This document shows positions 55,508 through 64,000 of a stretch of 64,000 nucleotides of DNA, one piece after another; position 1 is the stretch's first letter, and each line of letters begins with the position of its first letter. The notes beneath the pieces were generated by a model that was not told where the DNA came from, made no database searches, and was given only the letters and a program-made list of their open reading frames with translations. A program made the translations under genes and the position numbers. The stretch lies in the NCBI RefSeq assembly GCF_009914755.1, contig NC_060932.1, one strand, 5' to 3'. This DNA comes from the human T2T-CHM13v2.0 reference genome, Homo sapiens.

Positions 55508-56479
55508 CCATAATGTTGTTTTTTTAAAGAGTGTCCCCAATATTGTATAAGCTTCAGGTCCCATAAAACCTGGACCTGCCTTAATCTAAATAATCAGATA
55601 TTTGACTGATGAATTTTCCTTTCTTCTCTGATAGTTCTATCTTTCCTGTGATAAGATACAATTTTCCTGTCTCCATGTTCTCATATTTTTACACAGTAAT
55701 CCTATTTGTGAAATTACCATTACTTATTGATTAGCCTTACACTGGTTAATGTTACCCTTCATGTGGAAAGAACTATTTCCTGCTCATTTAGTTTCAAAGA
55801 TGTGAACTTCAGTTATGTGTCCCACAGCAAAGTAATCCTAAAATCTTAGTAATTTCAGCCTTGTAAGCCTTTGACTTCACACTCTTGTATTTTAATGGCT
55901 TTGATGTCTTCTTACTATTCTCTAGCAGAATAATTTCCTGTGTCTCAGATGTCTTTACTGCTACTTTAGTTCACTTGCAACTTCAGTCTAATCATTTTGA
56001 ACACTCTTTTAGCTTTTATTTCCATCTGTTTTCATCTTCTTTCCAAATATTTTATTTTCCTAATAAACTACATATTTAATGAACTCAATTCCAAGATTCT
56101 AGTTAAAAGCTCAGAGGTCAAAACAGGTTAAAAAACCAGTCTCAATTTAGACTTGTCAGTCAAACACCACTTAATATACTTTCCTCTGCATGCTTGAAAT
56201 AGTTTCATGGAAGGGAAACGAATTTTACAAGCTACTAGGTTTTTTCATTTGAGAGTAGCAGAAAGTCTTCAACATCATTTAGGAATGAAATTAATCTACC
56301 ATATACAGATGTTAAATCAAACCATCAAAAACTTGGCATTTGCATTCTTTTATTGTTTTCTAAGTACTTTGTGCCCAGTGCTGTGTTAGATGCTATAGTA
56401 GATATTAAAGAGATGATAAGATAGTATTTCCTTTCCAGAGATTATGGCCCAATTAGGATATGCAGTATGCACATATGGA

Positions 56480-56804
56480 GGCTGGGCGCTGTGGCGCTCA
56501 CCTGTAATCCCAGCACTTTGGGAGGCAGAAGTGGGAGGATTGCTTGAGGCCAGGAGTTTAAGACCAGCCTGGGCAACATAGGGAGACCTTGTCCCTACAA
56601 AAAAAAAAAAAAAAAAAATTTAGCCAGGTATGGTGTGCATGCCCATAATCCCAGCTACTGGTGAGGCTAAGGCAGGGGAATTGCTTGAGCCCAGGAGTTT
56701 GAGGCTATAGTGAGCTATGATCGAGCCACTGCATTTCAGCGTGGGTGACAGAGTGAGACCCTGTCTCTAAAAATAAAAACTAAACAACCAAATTAAAAAA
56801 AAAA
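56480..56804 (+). mobile_element. AluJ (Jo/Jr)
   Basis: ggaggattgcttgaggccagg, cttgagcccaggagtttgaggctatagtgagctatgatc. Confidence 0.94.
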
Positions 56805-57267
56805 ACAAATGAAGTAACTAAAAATGATATAATCTAATGTCAAAGCAAGCAGGAAGAAGACAAGTTACTTATGGACTAGAGCCTTATGAAAAATAAATTT
56901 AGATTAATAAACAGTATTGGAAATTATTTCAGAAATAAATGAGCAAATAATACAATGTTTGATATCAAACTTAGCAATAGTATTGACAACTTATTCATCT
57001 TTCAAAGTCCAGCTTAAAATGCTGTTATACCCAGAAACTTTCCCAGTCTGCCTAGTCAGAATGAATCACTTCACTCTCTGCAGTTTCTTAGCCCTCTGTA
57101 TTGCTCTTGAAGCACTTGCCAAACTCACATATACACAATTCACCATAACAGAGGACACACTTCTTTTAAATTAATTACAGAACTACTATATGGTGCTTGA
57201 TTCATCTTTAAATCTTGATCCTATCCATGACCTTGCAGTGATAAACCAAATAATGAGTACACTCATA

Positions 57268-57740
57268 TTGTGTAATAAACAGACTCTTTTAGTTGCAAGT
57301 GTCTGAAACCCAAAATAGAAGTGTAACCAAAAATTAAATGTGCTGGCTCATATAACTGAGAAGTCCAAGAGTGGGTTTGGCATTATATATGCCTTGATCA
57401 GCATGCTCAAACAATACAATTTGTGTTCTGTCTCTTCCCTCCCTCTTTTAAATATACCTTCCAGTGTATATTCTTCATTAAAATACATATGACTGATTGT
57501 TTTGATAGCTCATGAATCCTGTAGAAGTTTTATCTTTCACAGGTCCATAAATCATCTCAGGAATGGATTCTGATTGACTCAGCTGGGGTCATAGTTTTGG
57601 GAGAATGGGTGGGATATGATGATTGACCAGGTCTGGGTCCTTTTTCCCATTTGTAGCAAGGGGTAGAGTGAAGAGGATGGTTACTAGGGTTGAAAAAACC
57701 ACATGGGTTAGGGAAAGGACAGCTGGGCTGACCAAAATAA
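57268..57740 (-). mobile_element. MLT1 (K/L-like) LTR
   Basis: actcttttagttgcaagtgtctgaaaccc...tggctcatataactgagaagtcc...attctgattgactcagctggggtca. Confidence 0.6.
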
Positions 57741-57753
57741 AAGATATCTACTT

Positions 57754-57754
57754 T

Positions 57755-57828
<74 letters not shown>

Positions 57829-58116
57829 CAGACAAAGTCTCACTCTGTTGCCCAAGCTGGACTGCACTGGCAGGGTCACAGCTCAGTGCAGACTTGACCT
57901 CCTGGGCTTAAGCCGTCTTCCCACCTCAGTCTCCCAAGTAGCTAGTACTACAGGTGTGTGGCACCACATCCGGCTAATTTTTTTTTAACAATTTTTTTGT
58001 AGAGATGAGGTCTCGCTATTTTGCCTAGACTGGTCTCAAAATCCCAGCTTCAAGTGATCCTTCCACCTTGGCTGCTAAAGTGCTGGGATTACAGGAGTAA
58101 ACCAGCGTGCCTGGCT
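57754..58116 (-). mobile_element. AluJo whose tail has become a (TG)n(AG)n microsatellite
   Basis: Alu body 57826-58116. TSD gat(a/g)tctact at 57743 and 58117 encloses the microsatellite. Confidence 0.92.
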
Positions 58117-59459
58117 GATGTCTACTCTAGAACGGTAAAGGGAGCTAAATGATTTCCATCACAAATGAATAGTTGAGATGTCTACAATGCACGACAGGCA
58201 TGCAATAGTCTCTTAATATTGGGAAGGACCTGTTGAAAATAAAGTGGTGAAACAATTACAACGGTTATAATGTGAACTATGAATTAGAATGGTGGAAATA
58301 GACATACCAAAATTATAATCCAAGTGTGAAGATTTGAACGACTAGATTGTCCAACAGCCAATGGAAATGGAGAGCTGTCCATGTGAAAAATGTAAAGAAA
58401 AGATAAGCAAGATTAAACGACCATGGCTTATGTAATAAAAAGGAAAGGATTTCACGCTGAATTTTTTGCCTTTGACAGATATTTAGAAAAAGGGGATATG
58501 AAAAAGTTGTTTTAAATAAAATATCTTATTTAATTAAAATGGATGATCAGATATCTTAAAATACATATCTTCTGAGCAGCATGGAAGGTGGAATTTAGCT
58601 TGAGTAAAAGATAAGAGATAAAATAATACAGGAGACATCGTTAGTATTAATTCAATATTTGAAGCCATTATATTTAATGAAAGCACTATCTGAAAAAGCC
58701 AAGGAGTATGAAACTAACAATTACTGTTGGATTTTTCCTGAGGGAGATCAATTTCAACAGGGAAGAAGAGAAAGATGCCCACTTGCAAGGGCTCAGGGCG
58801 CAGGAGAGACCGTGGAAGTTTATACTTCTTGGCTATGTTTGGCTCTAAACAAAAAAGTGATGAAGATAACATTTCTGTAAATGTCAGCAAAGTCACATTG
58901 AAATTATCTTTCAGTAAGAGGCAGTGATTAAAAAGACAGAAGATAAATATCATAACACGAATCCTTAATAGAAGGAAAGATTAAGAATCAGTGCCAAAAG
59001 GAAGGTTCATTTTTGCTTGATCTTGCAGGGGAAGATGACAGAGGTATACTGATTCTCCAAAGGAGATAAAGGAAAATGCTCTGTCTCACCATCTACTAAT
59101 ACTATCACTGTTGAGGGAAGACATTAGCTTAAAAGTGTTAGGACTGTGGAGAACTAAGGGGGAAATGTCCAAAATTTTTAGATGAAAGATACTATTTGAT
59201 TCTTCTGAAGTTTTGAAGAGTACCCACAGGATGCAAGTGCTACTCTTAAATGTCCTAAATGGAGGTAAAAACAGAGGGCTTTTTTTTTTTTTTTAAACAA
59301 TGGGGAAATCACTGAAGGATTTGCTTAGGATTTGGAGCTAGGCTCTCCTTGCCCGTGTGAACCCCTCCAATAATCTCTATGAAGAATATAGGGAAGGAGT
59401 ATGATGATCGTTGCTGTCATATGACAGCTAGGTAGCAATTCATCGTATTTAGCTGATTA

Positions 59460-59680
59460 GGAGCCTAGTTTATTGAGTTTTAATTCCAGACCACCTCTAA
59501 GTAGTCATGTGACTTTAGAGAAGTTTCTTAACCTCCTCTGCCTCAGATTTTCCGGATGTAAAATGGTTAATAACAGTAACCTGTGTAGTAGAGTTGATGC
59601 TAAAATTAAATGAGTTACTACATGTGAAATGCTTACAAGAATACTAGGCTCATAGTAAGCATAAATGTTAACTATTATTT
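59460..59680 (+). mobile_element. MIR/MIRb
   Basis: tgtgacttt..aagtttcttaacctc.tctgcctcag..tgtaaaatgg..attaaatgagttact..catagtaagc. Confidence 0.85.
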
Positions 59681-60526
59681 TTAGACATCTCTGCACTGGT
59701 ATTTTAAAAAAGAAATTCATGGGTAACTACACTAAAGAGTAATCTAAGACATCATGAGATCTCAATGAATTGGGTTTTGAAAAATATGTGAATATTTTAT
59801 AGTTTTTTTAAAAATTCCCATCGAGTCTTGTTTTTAAAACAAATGTATTTATTTTCATATTTAAATCACTTATTCAGTTACACAAAGATTTATTATGGAG
59901 TTCATTTAAAGAACAAACACCCCTAGTGTGTACCTTGAACACATGACTACAGAATGTTCATCTTAGTTCACTAATTTGCTCATTGTTAATTAATGCAATT
60001 ATTCATGTATTGATTCAACTAATATTTATATCAAGCATCCACAGTTGCATAGCCATGTGCCTACTTTACAAAAACCAAATAAAGATAACTAATGACTGAG
60101 TTGTGAATAGAAATTTATGCAGCTTCATTGACTGTAAGAGAATTTTCTTTACAGTGTCATCCAAGACTGTATTTTTTCCAAATTGGAGAGGGTGATTTAA
60201 CTTTTACCAATTTGAAGGAAATTCTGTTATGCAATGCAAGGCCATCCTGGAAGACTGCAAGCAAGAAAAAAAAGGTTCCTTTTACATATATCTTTTTCTT
60301 GTTTTTAAGTCTAGTTTATTGAATTATAACTTAGAACAGTAAAACTCACCTTTTTCTGTCTACAATTTTATACATTTTGATAAATGCATATACTAAGACC
60401 ATGATCAAGATATAGAATTGCTATCACCCCAAAACTTCCACTGTGCACATTTGTGGCCAATCACCTACTTCTAGTCATATCCCATGGCAAACATTGACAT
60501 GTTTTCAGCCCTTATTGTTTTATTTC

Positions 60527-61247
60527 TGTAATCACCCAACGACTTCTTCCTGCCCAGTGCACAGACCTAATCAATTCACTGAGATAACAGCACTGCAGTA
60601 AATAAAGAGTTTAATTGACACAAGGCTGGCCATGCCACACAGGAGTCGGAGTTATTACTCAAATCAATCTCCCTGAAAATTCAGAGGCTAGGGTTTTTCA
60701 AGGATAATTTGGTCAGCAGGAGGATAGGGGAATGGATGCTGGTTGGGGATGCAATCATAGGAGTATGGAAAACAGTCTTCCTGTACTGAGTTTGCCTCTA
60801 GGTGGAAGCCACAGCAAGGTGCTGGTCCAGAGGAACCATCTGGTCTTCAGAAATGCAGAATCCTGAGAAGACATCTCAAAAGGCCAGTCTTCAGTTCTAC
60901 AATAGTGATGTTATTTACAGAAATAATTGGGGAAGTTGTAAAATCTTGTGACCTCTGAAATAATGGCTGGTAATCATTTAATTATGCCTACATCTTAAGA
61001 GAATTCAGGCCCCTCTCATCCTCCTAACCTAATGGACTTTCATTAGTTTTACTAGGTGGTTTAGTTTTGGGGAAAGGCTATTTTCATTTAAACTACAAAC
61101 TAAATTTCTCTCAAAGTTAGCTTAGCACAAATCCAGGAATGACCAAGAGCAGTTTGGGGGTTAAAGGCGAGATGAGGGTTGGTTAGATCACATCTCTTTC
61201 ATTGTCATAATCTTCTCACTGTTAGAAGTTTTGCAAAGGCGATTTCA
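60527..61247 (-). mobile_element. LTR8A-like ERV1 solo LTR
   Basis: tgtaatcacccaac..ttcttcctgccc...ttttgcaaaggcgatttca. Perfect 4-bp TSD tttc. Confidence 0.88.
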
Positions 61248-61350
61248 TTTCTGGAATGTCATATAAACGGAATCATAGCATATAGCTGTTTTATCCTAGA
61301 TTGTTTTGCATAGCATTGTGTATTTGATATTTATCTATATTGAATTACTA

Positions 61351-61429
61351 TTAGGTTGGTGCAAAAGTAGTTGCAGTTTTTGCCATTACTTATAATTACT
61401 TATATGTAATTACTTTTACACCAACCTAT
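61351..61429. mobile_element. MADE1 (Hsmar1-derived MITE)
   Basis: TA then ttaggttggtgcaaaagta ... tacttttacaccaaccta inverted termini, about 80 bp. Confidence 0.93.
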
Positions 61430-61579
61430 CAACAGTTCATTTTTTATGTATTTTTTACTAATATTTAATTCTGTAGCTGTATTTTAATTTATTATCCTCT
61501 AGTTAATGACAATTGAGATTATTTCCAATTTTGGCAATAAAGCTATTAGAAAAAAATATGCATAGTTTTTCTGTGAATA

Positions 61580-61945
61580 CAGTTGCCCTTCATTTCCATG
61601 AGTTTTGAATTCATGGATTCACACAACCACAGACTGAAAATATAACAAAAAGTAAACAAAAAATAAAACAATTTAAAAATGCAAATAAAAAAGCAAAGTA
61701 TAATGACAATGTACATAGCATTTACATTGTATTAGGTATTATAATCTAATCTAGGCAACCAGGCAATGGCAGTATTATAATCTAATCATCTGGGGAATCT
61801 AGAGATGATTTAAAGTATACAAAAGGATGTGTGTAGGTTATATTTAAACCTTAGACCATTTTCTATGAGGTACTTGAGTACCTGTGGATTTTGGCATCTG
61901 AGGGGGTCCTGAAACCAATTCTCCATCAATACCAAAGGATAACTA
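61580..61945. mobile_element. MER2B (TcMar-Tigger)
   Basis: cagttgcccttc..tccatg..catggattca...tagagatgatttaaagtatac...tggattttggcatc..gggggtcctgaaaccaat. Confidence 0.85.
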
Positions 61946-63075
61946 CATATGTTTCTATTTCTCTTGAGTAAATCCTAGAAGTGAGATTTCTGGGTCATAT
62001 GATAAGTAAATCTTTAACTCTATAAGAAATCTCCAAACTGTTTTCCAAAGTATCCATTCCGCATTTCCATTAGCAATGTATGAGAGTCACATATGTGGTG
62101 TATCTTTGCAGGCACTTTATAGTCAGTGTCTTTTAATTGAAACCATTCTAACAGGAGTTTAGTTGTAACATATTGTGGCTGTAATTTGCATTTCTCTATT
62201 GAATAATGATGTTCAGCATCTTTTCATGTGCTTATTTACCCATTTATCATTTTTGGGGAAGTGCTTATATAAATCTTTTGCTCATTTTTATTGGGTTATT
62301 TGTTTTCTTATTGCTGAGTTGTAAAATTTCTGAATGTATGTTATGGATACCAGTCCTTTATCAGACATCTGTTTTGCAAATATTTTTCCAGAGTCTGCAA
62401 CCTTTTTATTTTCTTAACATTATCCTTCAAAGAGCAGACATTTTTAATTTTGATGAAGCCCAATTTATCTATTTTTTCTGTTGTAGTTTGTGCTTTCTTG
62501 TTTTATCTAAGAAATATTTGCCTCACTCAATGTTCCAAATAATTTTTGTTTTCTTCTAGAAATTTTATAAGTTCAGTCTTTACATATAGGTCTACAACCC
62601 ATTTTGAGTTAATTTTTTAATGTAACGATGGATAAGGGTCAAGGATTACCATTGTGGATATGGATATTCAATTTTTCAAGAAGAAAAATCTTTCTCCTAT
62701 GAATTGCCTTGGTATGCTTGTCAATTGACCATATTATGTGTGGGTGTATTTCTAGATTCTCTTCTTTTCTTTTGATCTATATATCTATTACCATGTAAAT
62801 AACAAGTTGTCTTAATAACAGTGGCTTCAAAGTAAGTCAGGTAGTGTGATTTCTGTAACTTGGTTTTTTGTGTTTTAACTATTCCAGTTCCATGAGATTT
62901 CCATGTAAATTTCAGAATCAGCATATTGATTTCTGTAAAATAAAAGCCTGCTGGAATTTTAGGATTTCATTGAATCTGTAGGTAAATTAAGGGAGAATTG
63001 ACATAATAACAATATCGAGTCTTCCAATTTTTTAAAAATGTAAATCATCTAGGAAAGGGTTTGAGCATTCTAATG

Positions 63076-63398
63076 CAGGGGTTCCCAGCTCCCGGAACAC
63101 AGACCAGTACTGGTCCTAACGGAACTGGGCTGCACAGCAGGTGAGCTGTGGGCAAGTGAGCGTTACTGTCTCCAGTTCAGATCAGCAATGGCATTAGATT
63201 ATCACAGGAGTACAAACCCTGTGGTGAACTGTGCATGCGAGGGATCTAGGTTGTGTGGTCTTTATGAGAATCTAACTAATACCTGATGATCTGAGGTACA
63301 GCAGTTTCATCCCAAAACCATCCCTCCCCACCCACCCTGTGGAAAAAATTGTCTTCCATAAAACCAGTCCCTGGTGCCAAAAAAGTTGGGGACTGCTG
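63076..63398 (+). mobile_element. MER1B (hAT-Charlie)
   Basis: caggggttccca...aaaccagtccctggtgccaaaaaagttggggactgctg. 8-bp TSD ttctaatg/ttctaata. Confidence 0.92.
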
Positions 63399-64000
63399 TT
63401 CTAATACATGAGCACAGTATGCTTCTTTATTTCTTAGGCATTTTGTGTTTCTCTCATCAGTGCTGTATAGTTTTTAATAAATCTTGTACATACTTTGTTA
63501 GATTTATCCCTATCTCCCATTGTGGTGCTATTGTAAATAATACTTTAAAATTTTCAATTTCTAATTGTTTACTGCAAATATATAGAAAGGTCATTGATTT
63601 CTGTATATTGCCCTTGTGTTCTGCAACTTCACTAAAGTCAATTATTAGTTCCAGCAGCTTTATTGGAGATTTCTTGTCTTTGTGATTTCTTTACAGAGAC
63701 AATTAGGTCGTCTGTGAATAAAGACTATTTCATTTATCTTTTTCAATTATATATGCATTTTAAAAAATTTATTATATATCTTCTATACTATGTTGAAAGG
63801 AATGATGAGAATGACATTCTTACCTCATTTCTGATTTCAGGGGAAAGCATTCCATCTGTTACCATTATGTATGGAATGTGTTTATAGATTTTTCATACAT
63901 ACCCTTTATAAGGTTGAGAGTGTTCCCTTTAATTCCTACTTTGGTTAGGGTTTTTTCATGTTTTGTTTTGCTTTTTAAACCATGAATAAATGTTAAATTT

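Larger units (their letters stand above)
60295..64000 (-). mobile_element. Old L1M (MC/MB-like) 3' UTR and ORF2, hosting LTR8A, MADE1, MER2B and MER1B; runs off the window
   Basis: tttattgaattataac...ccatgatcaagatatagaa 3' end, antisense peptide LILKFTWK...YFEATVIKTTCY...RYIDQ. Confidence 0.85.

Overview
Primate (human-like) non-coding genomic DNA, intergenic or deep intronic, and AT-rich. I found no credible protein-coding exon, RNA gene or CRISPR array. The ORFs that show recognisable homology are Alu, L1, LTR or microsatellite read-throughs; the rest look like chance ORFs. The window is dominated by layered interspersed repeats: about 18 Alu/FLAM elements, L1PA/L1PB/L1MA/L1M and HAL1 LINEs, L2/MIR, MaLR LTRs (THE1, MST, MLT1), about 12 ERV1 MER4-group solo LTRs (mostly in two clusters), and DNA transposons (Tigger3a, MER2B, MER1B, MER58A, MADE1, a Zaphod with hATC remnant). 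Subfamily names come from recalled consensus sequences and need RepeatMasker/Dfam confirmation. I cannot support a novel biological system. The most notable signals concern insertion and repair mechanisms: four 5'-inverted (twin-primed) L1s, two of which share almost the same 5' endpoint; a possible short L1 3' transduction; an Alu with a 29-bp TSD; a two-Alu unit inside one TSD; and TA-centred inverted duplications. There are also candidate p53, CTCF and CRE regulatory sites.
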